DNA of 64,000 nt from assembly GCF_027484365.1 (NCBI RefSeq), contig NZ_JAIXTC010000018.1:80286-144285 (forward strand), written 5' to 3'. A model generated the notes under the pieces. That model worked only from the letters and a program-made list of their open reading frames with translations. It was not told the origin of the DNA and searched no databases. Each line of letters begins with the position of its first letter. Position 1 is the first letter of the stretch. A program made the translations under genes and the position numbers. This DNA comes from Brevundimonas sp. Its GTDB lineage: Bacteria > Pseudomonadota > Alphaproteobacteria > Caulobacterales > Caulobacteraceae. Positions 1 to 9,032 of this stretch are shown in pieces.

Positions 1-156
1 GCCGAACCGCAGACCGCGCACGTCGCCGGTCGCGCCGGCGGCCAGTCCGCGCGTTGAAATCAGCAGCACGACAGCGAGCACCAGCACGGCGAGCGCCGTC
101 ATGGCCCACTCGCGCGGGCCCCATCCGGACAGGTTGAAATACTTGCGACCGGTCAT
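1..156 (-). CDS. amiC: 5' part of a probable N-acetylmuramoyl-L-alanine amidase (AmiC-like), truncated by the window edge
   Basis: Manual translation from ATG at 156: MTGRKYFNLSGWGPREWAMTALAVLVLAVVLLISTRGLAAGATGDVRGLRFG (signal/TM segment, then AMIN-like start). Divergent from rne as in Caulobacter synteny. Confidence 0.55.
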   Translation of the reverse strand, partial: MTGRKYFNLSGWGPREWAMTALAVLVLAVVLLISTRGLAAGATGDVRGLRFG

Positions 157-679
157 TCTGACGGCGGACCCACCTTTATCGTTGGCCCCATGGTGGCAGA
201 GCCCGGTTTGGATTGGGTTAAGCGGCGGCGCTTTCCGCGCATTCGCTGCCTAAAGCGGCGCACTGCCTTTCCATTCCGGGACTTGATGCTTATGCTTGTA
301 TTCGTCCGCGAACGATCGCGCCGCCGCTTAGTCGGTTTGGCGAGGCCCCGGCGCGGCGCCGACTTCCCGCCTTCGCGGATCGTGTCGCCCCCCGTCTCTG
401 ACCGTGGTCACTGACTGACTGGCCCAACGATCGAACAAGCCGGGCCTGTTCAGAACCGGACCTTGCGACGCCTGTCGGCGCGGGTCCAGGACCGACCATA
501 ACCCATGGGCATTCCCGCCTGCCTCTCCCGTGAACCGACAGCCCCCTTCGGGCCGGTCGCAGTCGTCTTCGGCCATCGCCGCGACGACCGGATGACGCAC
601 GCGTCCGCCTCTTACCCCGTTCGGCGAGCCGCCGTTGCCTCCCCCGGCAACGGCCGAGCGCGCCAGAGAGATACCTTCA

Positions 680-3367
680 ATGTCAAAGACGATGCTTATC
701 GATGCAGCGCACGCGGAAGAAACCCGCGTCGCGATCGTGGACGGCCGCCAGGTTGAGGAATTCGACTTCGAGTCGAAAACCAAACGCCAGCTTCGCGGCA
801 ATATCTATCTCGCCAAGGTCACCCGCGTAGAGCCCAGCCTTCAGGCCGCCTTCGTCGAGTACGGCGGCAATCGCCACGGCTTCCTGGCCTTCAACGAAAT
901 CCACCCCGACTACTACCAGATCCCGGCCGCCGACCGCGACGCGATCATGGCCGAGGCCCATTCGGCCGAGGACGACCACGACGACGAGCACGCCCGTGAC
1001 TCCGACGACGGCGATTCCGAAGGCGGCATGGCCGAAGAGGAACGGCTGAAGCGGCGCCTGATGCGTCGCTACAAGATCCAGGACGTCATCAAGCGTCGCC
1101 AGATCCTGCTGATCCAGGTCGTCAAGGACGAGCGCGGCGGCAAGGGCGCGGCCCTGACCACCTGGCTGTCCCTGGCCGGCCGCTACTGCGTCCTGATGCC
1201 CAACACCGGCAAGGGCGGCGGCATCTCCCGCAAGATCACCCAGGCCAGCGACCGCAAGCGTCTGAAGGCCGCCGCGGCCGCCCTCGACGTGCCGCGCGGC
1301 ATGGGGCTGATCATCCGCACGGCCGGCGCCAAGCGCACCAAGGCCGAGATCAAGCGGGACTACGAATATCTGCTGCGCCTCTGGGAGACGATCCGCGAGA
1401 CCACCCTCGCCTCCCACGCCCCGTCCCTGATCTACGAAGAAGAGAACCTCGTCCGCCGCGCCGTACGCGATATGTTCGACAAGGATTTCGACGGCATCCA
1501 GGTCGAGGGCGTCGAGGGCTTCAAGGAGGCGCGCGACTTCATGCGGGTGCTCATGCCCTCGCAGGCGAAGAAGGTGCACCTCTACCAGGGCTCCCGCCCC
1601 CTGTTCGCGGCCAACGGCATCGAGGAGCTGCTGACGCAGATCCACCAGCCGGTCGTGCCGCTGAAGTCGGGCGGCTATCTGGTCATCAACCAGACCGAGG
1701 CCCTCGTCGCGATCGACGTCAACTCGGGTCGCGCCACCAAGGAACGCAACGTCGAGGCCACGGCCTTCAAGACCAACTGCGAAGCCGCCGTCGAGGCTGC
1801 CCGCCAGCTGCGCCTGCGCGACCTCGCCGGCCTGGTGGTCATCGACTTCATCGACATGGACGAGTCCAAGAACAACCGGACCGTCGAACGCATTCTGAAG
1901 GACGAGCTCAGCTTCGACCGGGCGCGCATCCAGATGGGCCGCATCTCCGGCTTCGGCCTGATGGAGATCAGCCGCCAGCGTCGCCGCCTCGGCGTGCTGG
2001 AAGGCGCCACGGAGGTCTGCCCCCACTGCCAGGGCGCCGGTCGCGTCCGCTCGGCCGAATCCGCCGCCCTGATGGTGCTGCGCGCCGTGGACATCGAAGC
2101 CGGCAAGAACGGCGCGGGCTCGATCAACCTCAAGGTCTCCTCGGCTGTCGCCCTCTACATCCTGAACCACAAGCGCGACTATCTGCAGCGACTGCTGGAG
2201 CGTCGCGGTCTGGCCGTCATCATCCAGATCGACGACCGCATGGGTCAGGGCGAGAGCGCCATCGAGCGCACCGAGACCAATGAGGACTTCGTCGCGCCCG
2301 AGGCGGTCGTGACCCTGGCCGATCTCGACGACGACTTCGACGACAACGCCTGGCAGGACGAAGACGACAACGACGACGAGGACGAGTTCATCTCGGACGA
2401 GGACGACGACGACGCCCTGGATCGCGAGGATGCCGACGACGACGAGCCCCGCGAACGCGCCGAACGTTCGGATGGTGATCGCGGTCGTGGGCGCGGCCGC
2501 CGCCGTCGCGGCGGTCGTCGCGACGAGGAGGCCGCGCCTGTGGCCGCCGACGCCGAAGCCGAAGGCCTCGCCGCCGAAGATGACGACAGCGAGGCCGGCC
2601 GCCGCCGCCGTCGTGGCCGTCGCGGCGGACGCCGCATCCGCGAGGACGGCGACACCGCCGGCGCCGGCGCGGGCGCAGGATCCTTCTTCTGGGTCCGGGG
2701 GCGCACGCCGTCGCTGGACGACCCCTATGTCTGGTTCGACCCGATCAACCCCGCCCCGCGGGCCGAACGTCCGGAAGCACCGGCGCGTGACGCGGCGGCC
2801 CCCGCTCGCGACGTCGAGGAGCGGATTGGCGAACGGCCCGAGGGCGAACTGGCCGCCGATCGCGAAGGCGGTCGCTCGCGTCGCCGCCGTCGCGGCCGGG
2901 GCCGCGGTGAACGCGCCACCCCGCAAGATCTGAAGGTCGAGGCCCGCGCCACCGGCGAGGGCATGCCGACCGACGGCAATCCCGATGCGCCCATGGCCGT
3001 GATCCTGCCGGACGCCGCCTCAGACGCGCCGGCTCCGGTGATCGCATCCGAACCCCAGCGTCGCCGCGTCCGTCGCAAGACGGCCGCCTCGGCGGTCGGG
3101 ACGGAGGCCGTCGCCGAGGACGCCGTCGAGGCTGCCGCCCCGCCGCTGGAGCCCGAGATCGCCTTGGTCGAGGCTGAAGCCGAAGCGGCTCCCTTGGTCG
3201 TCGAGCCGGAGGTCGAGCCGGAACCCGTCGCGCCGGAGACCCTGGTCGCCGCCGAGGACGTCGCTCCGCCCACGCCCGAGGCCGATCTTTCGGCGATCAT
3301 CGCCAACGATCCGGCCCAGATCACGGCGCCGCCCGCCAAGCCGAAACGCGGATGGTGGCGCTTGTGA
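680..3367 (+). CDS. rne: Ribonuclease E (Rne/Rng family) with long acidic/Arg-rich disordered C-terminus
   Basis: MSKTMLIDA..EETRVA start, S1 domain (GNIYLAKVTRVEPSLQAAFV), DVNSG and DFIDM catalytic motifs, CPHC zinc link, C-terminal GWWRL. Start set at ATG 680 rather than 635. Confidence 0.97.
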   Translation: MSKTMLIDAAHAEETRVAIVDGRQVEEFDFESKTKRQLRGNIYLAKVTRVEPSLQAAFVEYGGNRHGFLAFNEIHPDYYQIPAADRDAIMAEAHSAEDDHDDEHARDSDDGDSEGGMAEEERLKRRLMRRYKIQDVIKRRQILLIQVVKDERGGKGAALTTWLSLAGRYCVLMPNTGKGGGISRKITQASDRKRLKAAAAALDVPRGMGLIIRTAGAKRTKAEIKRDYEYLLRLWETIRETTLASHAPSLIYEEENLVRRAVRDMFDKDFDGIQVEGVEGFKEARDFMRVLMPSQAKKVHLYQGSRPLFAANGIEELLTQIHQPVVPLKSGGYLVINQTEALVAIDVNSGRATKERNVEATAFKTNCEAAVEAARQLRLRDLAGLVVIDFIDMDESKNNRTVERILKDELSFDRARIQMGRISGFGLMEISRQRRRLGVLEGATEVCPHCQGAGRVRSAESAALMVLRAVDIEAGKNGAGSINLKVSSAVALYILNHKRDYLQRLLERRGLAVIIQIDDRMGQGESAIERTETNEDFVAPEAVVTLADLDDDFDDNAWQDEDDNDDEDEFISDEDDDDALDREDADDDEPRERAERSDGDRGRGRGRRRRGGRRDEEAAPVAADAEAEGLAAEDDDSEAGRRRRRGRRGGRRIREDGDTAGAGAGAGSFFWVRGRTPSLDDPYVWFDPINPAPRAERPEAPARDAAAPARDVEERIGERPEGELAADREGGRSRRRRRGRGRGERATPQDLKVEARATGEGMPTDGNPDAPMAVILPDAASDAPAPVIASEPQRRRVRRKTAASAVGTEAVAEDAVEAAAPPLEPEIALVEAEAEAAPLVVEPEVEPEPVAPETLVAAEDVAPPTPEADLSAIIANDPAQITAPPAKPKRGWWRL

Positions 3368-3423
3368 CGATCAGCGCCTAGGTTAGGGCCATGGGGCGGG
3401 GGCGCCAGTCGAAGGAGTTCGCC

Positions 3424-4848
3424 ATGTTCCGGCCGACCCGCGTCGCGTCCTCCGTCCTCGGGTGGGTCGCCGCGTCCGCCGCCGTCCTCGTGATGGCGGC
3501 GGCCGGCCCCGCCTCCGCCCAGTCGACCATCCGCGACACCGAGGTCGAGGGCATCATCCGCGAATGGTCCGACCCGGTGTTCACGGCCATGGGGCTGGAG
3601 CCGTCCGAGGTCGAGGTCCTGCTGATCAACGACCCCGAGCTGAACGCCTTCGCCACGCGCGGGCGGATCATGGGCATCAACACCGGCACCATCCTTCGCG
3701 CGGATTCACCGGGCGAGCTGCTCGGCGTGATCGCTCACGAAGGCGGACACATCAAGAACCGCCACACCCTCCGCGACGGGGCCCAGGCCGCCGGCATGCA
3801 GCCCTTCCTCATGTCCATGGCCCTGGGCGCCCTGGCCATTGCGGCGGGCGAGCCCGGCGCCGGCATGGCCCTGGTCGGCTCCGGCCAGTATTTCGGCACC
3901 CTCGGCGCCCTGCGCTATATGCAGAGCCAGGAGGGCGAGGCCGATCTGACCGCCGCCCGCGGTCTGGAAGCCGCGGGCCAGTCCGGCCGCGGTCTGGTCG
4001 AGTTCTTCGAGAACATGCGGGCCCAGGAAGTTTTCTCGGACGCCCGTCGCTATCCCTATTTCCGCAGCCACCCCCTGTCCGGCCAGCGGATCGAGGCCCT
4101 GCGCCGCCCGGTCGAGGCCGCGGCCCACTACAACGTCGTCGACAGCCCCGAACGGATGGCCCAGCTGCAGCTGATTCAGGCCAAGATCCGGGCCTTCACC
4201 GACCCGCCGACCCAGACCCTGCGCACCTATCTGGACAGCGACACCTCCCTGCCCGCCCGCTATGCCCGCGCCATCGCCTGGTATCGCGACGGACAGACCC
4301 AGCGCGCCCTCGACGCCACCGACGTCCTGATCGCCGCCGACGTCGAAAACCCCTATCTGTGGGAACTCAAGGGCCAGATCCTGTTCGAGGAAGGCCGCCC
4401 GGGCGAGGCCATCGACGCCCACCGCGAGTCGGTCCGGCTCAGGCCCGACGCTCCCCTGCTGCGGATCAACCTGGCCCACGCCCTGATCGAGACCAACGAC
4501 AGCGCCAATCTCGAGGAGGCGGTCGACCAGCTGAAGCGCGCCGTCGCCCGCGAGGAGGACAACACCCTCGCCTGGCGTCTGCTGGGTCAGGCCTACGCCT
4601 CCCAGGGCAAGGAGGGCGAGGCGCGCCTGGCCTCGGCCGAATACTATTTCGCCGCCGGGGGCGAAGAACAGGCGACCCAGTTCGCCCTGCGCGCCCGCGA
4701 CATGCTCCCGCGCGGCTCCAACGAATGGCGGCGCGCCATGGACATCGTCCTGGCCTCCGGGGCCACGATGGACGACATCGACGACCTCGACCGTCGCCAG
4801 CAGCAACGCCGCGACCGCCAGACCGTTATCGCCCCGCCGGGCGCCTGA
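3424..4848 (+). CDS. M48 family zinc metalloprotease with TPR repeats (BepA/YfgC-like), exported
   Basis: Signal peptide (ASA-Q), LNAFA motif, HEGGH zinc motif, E.EAD, YFRSHP, C-terminal TPR-like helices. Confidence 0.9.
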   Translation: MFRPTRVASSVLGWVAASAAVLVMAAAGPASAQSTIRDTEVEGIIREWSDPVFTAMGLEPSEVEVLLINDPELNAFATRGRIMGINTGTILRADSPGELLGVIAHEGGHIKNRHTLRDGAQAAGMQPFLMSMALGALAIAAGEPGAGMALVGSGQYFGTLGALRYMQSQEGEADLTAARGLEAAGQSGRGLVEFFENMRAQEVFSDARRYPYFRSHPLSGQRIEALRRPVEAAAHYNVVDSPERMAQLQLIQAKIRAFTDPPTQTLRTYLDSDTSLPARYARAIAWYRDGQTQRALDATDVLIAADVENPYLWELKGQILFEEGRPGEAIDAHRESVRLRPDAPLLRINLAHALIETNDSANLEEAVDQLKRAVAREEDNTLAWRLLGQAYASQGKEGEARLASAEYYFAAGGEEQATQFALRARDMLPRGSNEWRRAMDIVLASGATMDDIDDLDRRQQQRRDRQTVIAPPGA

Positions 4849-4868
4849 TCCGCTCCTCCGAGACCTGA

Positions 4869-5666
4869 ATGACCGACGAAACCCCTGCCCCGTCCCCGGA
4901 CGCAAAGCCCACGCGCGATCCCCTGGCCTGGTTCGCCGGCGGCCGGGGCGGCGCCCTCGCCGTCGCCGTGTCGGTCGTGGCCCTGGGCCTGTCCGCCGCC
5001 CCCTATGTCACCGGCGGTGATTTCGGCGCCAAGGTCCGCGCCTATCTGCTCGCCAACCCCCAGGTCATGACCGAGGTCCAGGCCGCGTTCGAATCGCAGG
5101 CGGAAAACGCCCGTGTCGACACCATCAACGCCGCCGTCGCCGCCAATGCCGCCCTGATGGCCCCCGACCCGCGCGACCCCGCCTTCGGCCCCGCCGATGC
5201 GAAGGTCACGGTCGTCGAGTTCTTCGATTACCGCTGCCCGGGCTGCAAGGCGGTGTCGGAGGACTATCTGGCCCTGATCCGCGCCAACCCCGACGTCCGC
5301 TTCGTCTTCAAGGAATGGCCCATCCTTGACCGGGGCGACGACACCACCTCCAACTACGCCGCCCGCGCCGCCCTGGCCGCCCACCGCCAGGGCAAATACC
5401 TCGCCGTCCACCAGGCCCTGATGGCCGAGAACGGCCTGACCCGCGAGGGCGTCGACCGCATCCTCGCCGCCAACGGCGTCGACACGGCACAGGCCGCCGC
5501 CGTGATCGCCGACACCGGCACCGACCGCCTTCTGGCCGACATCCACACCACCGGCGCCACCCTCGGCCTCGTCGGTACCCCGACCTTCCTGATCAACGGC
5601 AAGACCACGGCGACCATCAACCCGCAGGAAGTCGCCGCAGCGATCGCGGCGACGAAGGCGGGATAG
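4869..5666 (+). CDS. scsC: DsbA/ScsC-like thioredoxin-fold disulfide oxidoreductase
   Basis: N-terminal TM segment and helical region, FFDYRCPGCK active site, KEWPIL, cis-Pro GTPTF. Position after rne-M48 matches the Caulobacter scsC locus. Confidence 0.8.
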   Translation: MTDETPAPSPDAKPTRDPLAWFAGGRGGALAVAVSVVALGLSAAPYVTGGDFGAKVRAYLLANPQVMTEVQAAFESQAENARVDTINAAVAANAALMAPDPRDPAFGPADAKVTVVEFFDYRCPGCKAVSEDYLALIRANPDVRFVFKEWPILDRGDDTTSNYAARAALAAHRQGKYLAVHQALMAENGLTREGVDRILAANGVDTAQAAAVIADTGTDRLLADIHTTGATLGLVGTPTFLINGKTTATINPQEVAAAIAATKAG

Positions 5667-5688
5667 GCTGACCGGCGTTCGGCGACCT

Positions 5689-6741
5689 CTAGCCGGAGGG
5701 CGGGAGGTCGCCGGGAGCGGCCACCCTTGCCGGCTGGACCTCGCGGGGGCTCTTGCCGGTCCACCGCTTGAAGGCGCGGGAGAAGGCTGCGGCTTCGGAG
5801 AAGCCGACGAGGTAGGCCGTCTCGTTGACCGAGGCCCGGGCGCCGGTGAGGTAGCGGAGCGCCATGCGGTGGCGCAGGGCGTCAAGCACCTGTTCGTAGG
5901 TGACGTCCTCGGCCTTGAGCTTGCGGAACAGGGTCTGGCGGCTGAAGCCCAGGGCGCGGGCGACGGCCTCGGCGCCGACCTCGCCGGTGTGCAGCAGCGG
6001 CAACAGCACGGCCTCGACGCGGCCGCGGACGGTCTTCTGGTCGTCGAGCTCCTGCAGCAGGTCGTCGGCGCGCCGGGTCAGGACGCCGAACACATAGCGC
6101 GGCTGAAGCGCCACGGGCCAGGTCGCGATGCGCGGGTCCAGCCGCATGGCGTTCCAGCCGCTGGAGAAGGATACCGGGCACTGGAAGATCCGGTCGTACT
6201 CGGCCCTCCAGGCCGGCTCCGGGTGCGAAAACTGCACCTCCAGCACATGCGGCTCGGGCAGGAAGCGGCGCGGGCCGCAGACCAGCCGCGCGAAGGCCCC
6301 TTCGCTCAGTTCGGGGAAGGCGTCCGGATCCGCGCGCGTGTCGACCATCCACAGCTGGCCGTCGCGCACGGTGAGCACAAAGCGCGGTCCGTCGCTGAGC
6401 CCCTCGGTTTCCAGCGTCAGCCGGCCGAAGCGCTGCATCTGGGCGAACGCCTCCCCCATGGTGGCCGAGGCGTTCATGATCAGCCCGACGATCGACACCT
6501 CCGCCAGGTCGACGGCCTCGCCGAAATGGAGCGCAAGCGCCGGGTCGCCGCAGAGGTCCTGGGCCCCGCGCATCAGGGCCACATAGGTCCCGAACGCCAG
6601 GCGGGCGTCGGGGTTCTCCAGGTCGGCGGGATGCAGGCCGGCCCGGGCCATGAGCGCCGCGCGATCCGCGCCGCGCTGGACGGCGAACGCGATCAGGCCG
6701 GCGGCGACTCCCGCGGACGTCGTCAGGTTCGACATCGACAC
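5689..6741 (-). CDS. AraC family transcriptional regulator (N-terminal ligand domain plus double HTH)
   Basis: C-terminal VARALGFSRQTLFRKL and ETAYLVGFSEAAAFSRAFKRWTGKSP. Alternative ATG at 6735. Confidence 0.93.
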   Translation of the reverse strand: MSMSNLTTSAGVAAGLIAFAVQRGADRAALMARAGLHPADLENPDARLAFGTYVALMRGAQDLCGDPALALHFGEAVDLAEVSIVGLIMNASATMGEAFAQMQRFGRLTLETEGLSDGPRFVLTVRDGQLWMVDTRADPDAFPELSEGAFARLVCGPRRFLPEPHVLEVQFSHPEPAWRAEYDRIFQCPVSFSSGWNAMRLDPRIATWPVALQPRYVFGVLTRRADDLLQELDDQKTVRGRVEAVLLPLLHTGEVGAEAVARALGFSRQTLFRKLKAEDVTYEQVLDALRHRMALRYLTGARASVNETAYLVGFSEAAAFSRAFKRWTGKSPREVQPARVAAPGDLPPSG

Positions 6742-6759
6742 GGCCCCCGGTGTTACGAA

Positions 6760-6788
6760 CGATCATGCGCACGGAACGCCCGATCATG
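6760..6788. promoter_or_regulatory. Direct repeat CGATCATG x2 with 21-bp period, candidate AraC-family operator
   Basis: CGATCATG at 6760-6767 and 6781-6788, in the gap between the divergent araC-like gene and the membrane-protein gene. Confidence 0.45.
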
Positions 6789-6822
6789 GCGCCCGCCGGA
6801 CCTATCGACAAGAAAGGGACCC

Positions 6823-7638
6823 ATGACCCTGCGAATTCGAATGCTGCCCGTCCTGTCTGCCGTCGTCGCCGTCGCGCTGCCGCCGTCCATCGCCCTGGCC
6901 GACACGCTGCAGGCCGGGCCTGGCGATCCGGCCTGGATGCATCTGGGCGCCAACGCCCTGCTGTGGGCGCACATCGGCGGCGGGGCGATCGGGATGGTCA
7001 CCGGCGTCGTCGCCCTGGCCTCGCGCAAGGGCCAGCGGGTCCACCGCGCGGCGGGCTCGATCTTCTTTCTGGCGATGTTCATGGCCTATGCCATCGGCGC
7101 CGGCGTCGCGCCCTTCCTTGAAACCGGACAGCGGCCCAATTTCGTTGCCGGGATCATGGCGCTCTACCTTCTGGTCAGCGGCGCCATGGCGGCTCGACGG
7201 CGGAACGCGAAGGCCGGCGCCCCGGAGGTCATCGGGCTGATCGTCGCCCTCTCCATCACCGCCGCCGGCGTGATCTTCATGCGGATGGGCGCAGCCAGCC
7301 CCAGCGGCACGGTGGACGGCTCGCCGCCGCCGGCCTTCCTGCTCTTCACCATCGCCGGGATCTTCGCGGCGGCGGGTGAGTTGCATGTGCTGATCCGCAA
7401 ACAGTTGTCCAACGTCTCGCGGATCGCCCGGCACCTGTGGCGGATGTGCTTTTCGCTGTTCATCGCCTCGGGCTCGTTCTTCCTCGGGCAGATGCAGGTG
7501 TTTCCCGAGGCCATACAGGACTCGGTTCTGCTGCCCATCCTCGCCCTGGCGCCTCTGCCGGTCATGCTGTTCTGGCTGGGCAAGGTCCGCTTCGACGCCT
7601 GGCGTCGCCGACGGATGAAGGCCGCGATCGCAGCCTAG
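6823..7638 (+). CDS. Multi-pass membrane protein (DUF2306-like)
   Basis: ATG 6823 after AAAGGGAC. Several TM helices with HIGGG..G, RKG.RVHR..G and RIARHLWRMC motifs. Confidence 0.7.
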   Translation: MTLRIRMLPVLSAVVAVALPPSIALADTLQAGPGDPAWMHLGANALLWAHIGGGAIGMVTGVVALASRKGQRVHRAAGSIFFLAMFMAYAIGAGVAPFLETGQRPNFVAGIMALYLLVSGAMAARRRNAKAGAPEVIGLIVALSITAAGVIFMRMGAASPSGTVDGSPPPAFLLFTIAGIFAAAGELHVLIRKQLSNVSRIARHLWRMCFSLFIASGSFFLGQMQVFPEAIQDSVLLPILALAPLPVMLFWLGKVRFDAWRRRRMKAAIAA

Positions 7639-7966
7639 CGGCAGGCCCTGCCCCAGTGAGCGCTGCGTCCGACTCCAAACAGAGCGGCATGGTCTCCGTT
7701 TGCAGCTTGTGTGCCGAATGTCCGCATCGGGGCGTCAGGCGAATGACCGACTGCCACGCCAGGGACGATTGCCCTGCAGGTCCTTTCTGATTGATATACA
7801 AGACGTTTTTCGCAGCAGGTTAACCGAACGCTAGGTACGGCCGAGGGCGTTGACCGACGTTCGCTCGAATGCGATTGAAGCTTTGAGCCGTGGGAAACCG
7901 CTTTATCGTCAACGGCGTGGGCGGGGGGAGTCTGGTTCCGTTCGCGCTTGAGAACTACGTCGGGGG

Positions 7967-8803
7967 ATGGAAATGCCGGGTATTGTTCGGGCCGCGTTGG
8001 CGGTTATCCTGGTCGTCATGGCCGGTCTGGTGCCGTCGTCGTCCTGGGCGCAGGTGGGCGGTCGTGTCGCCGTTCTTGGCGCCCCGAGTCTCACGGCGTG
8101 GAATGCCGAGGTGGTGTCGAAAATTCTGGCGGACGGTCGTTTCATCGCCGTCGACAACATCGACGTCGGGACAAGCACACCCAGTCTGGCGACGCTTCAG
8201 ACCTATCGCGCGGTCATCGTCTACAATGATGCTAGCGTTCTGAGCAGGGCGACACTGGGAGACAACCTTCACGCCTACCTCCTTGCCGGTGGTGGAGTCG
8301 TTAACGCCGAGTTCGACACCAGCACAGCTCACCTGGCTGGTGCATGGGCTACGAATACCGACACTGCCATCGCCGGGGGTGGACCCACGGTCGGCGAAGC
8401 TACGCTTGGAACAATTGCCCTGCTGGCCCACCCCACGGTCGCAGGCGTGACCACGTTCAACGGAGGCTTTGACAGTTATCGGTCAAGCGGAGCGATCACC
8501 CCGGGTTCGACCCTCGTTGCCAGCTGGTCCACCGGAGAACCGCTTGTGGCCTTCAAACAGGTAGGGGCGGGAACCGTCGTCTCCCTGAATTTCTTCCCTC
8601 CATCGAGCGACTCTCGGTCCGGCTTTTGGACGGCTTCGACAGATGGAGCAAAGCTGATGGCGAACGCGCTGGTCTTTGCCGGGGATGGCGCAGCGCCGCC
8701 GGCACCTGTCCCGACGCTCTCTGAATGGGCCATGATCCTGTTCGGCCTGATCCTGGCGGGTGGCGCAGCGCTCTACATCCAGCGGCGGCAGTCGATCGCA
8801 TAA
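7967..8803 (+). CDS. Exported protein with C-terminal IPTL-CTERM sorting signal
   Basis: Signal peptide (SWA-Q). C-terminus PVPTLSEWAMILFGLILAGGAALYIQRRQ = VPTL motif, TM helix, basic tail. AT-richer codons than neighbouring genes. Confidence 0.85.
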   Translation: MEMPGIVRAALAVILVVMAGLVPSSSWAQVGGRVAVLGAPSLTAWNAEVVSKILADGRFIAVDNIDVGTSTPSLATLQTYRAVIVYNDASVLSRATLGDNLHAYLLAGGGVVNAEFDTSTAHLAGAWATNTDTAIAGGGPTVGEATLGTIALLAHPTVAGVTTFNGGFDSYRSSGAITPGSTLVASWSTGEPLVAFKQVGAGTVVSLNFFPPSSDSRSGFWTASTDGAKLMANALVFAGDGAAPPAPVPTLSEWAMILFGLILAGGAALYIQRRQSIA

Positions 8804-8824
8804 GCAGCGTCTCCCCTGGTTTGG

Positions 8825-8854
8825 AACGGCCCCGCTGGCGACGGCGGGGCCGTT
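8825..8854 (+). terminator. Probable intrinsic terminator after the IPTL-CTERM gene
   Basis: Perfect 11-bp stem AACGGCCCCGC / GCGGGGCCGTT with an 8-nt loop; only a short T run follows. Confidence 0.6.
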
Positions 8855-9032
8855 TGCATATCTGGTATCCACCCCCAGCCGACCTTGAAAGCGTCCGCTC
8901 TCAGGCCAGCCAATGTATACGACAGCCCCGATGTGATCCGCACATCCTCCCCGGACCCCTTTGAATTCAACGCCCGGCTCTGACGAGAGCCTTTATCCGC
9001 GCCTACATAGGAAACGGGCGGACACTGTCGGC

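Noticed and set aside
683-2926. Long antisense or alternate-frame ORFs (e.g. 683-2926, 10404-13055, 26020-28206, 37241-39484, 40263-42761)
   Set aside because: Shadow ORFs of high-GC coding strands: they fully overlap well-supported genes and carry no recognisable motifs.
7640-7960. Riboswitch, or degenerate palindromic/attC-like sites flanking the first IPTL-CTERM gene (AATGTCCGC near 7717; CCACCCCCAGCCGACCTT near 8866)
   Set aside because: Only partial arms, no complete inverted repeat or recognisable aptamer; cannot be supported without a genome-wide repeat search.
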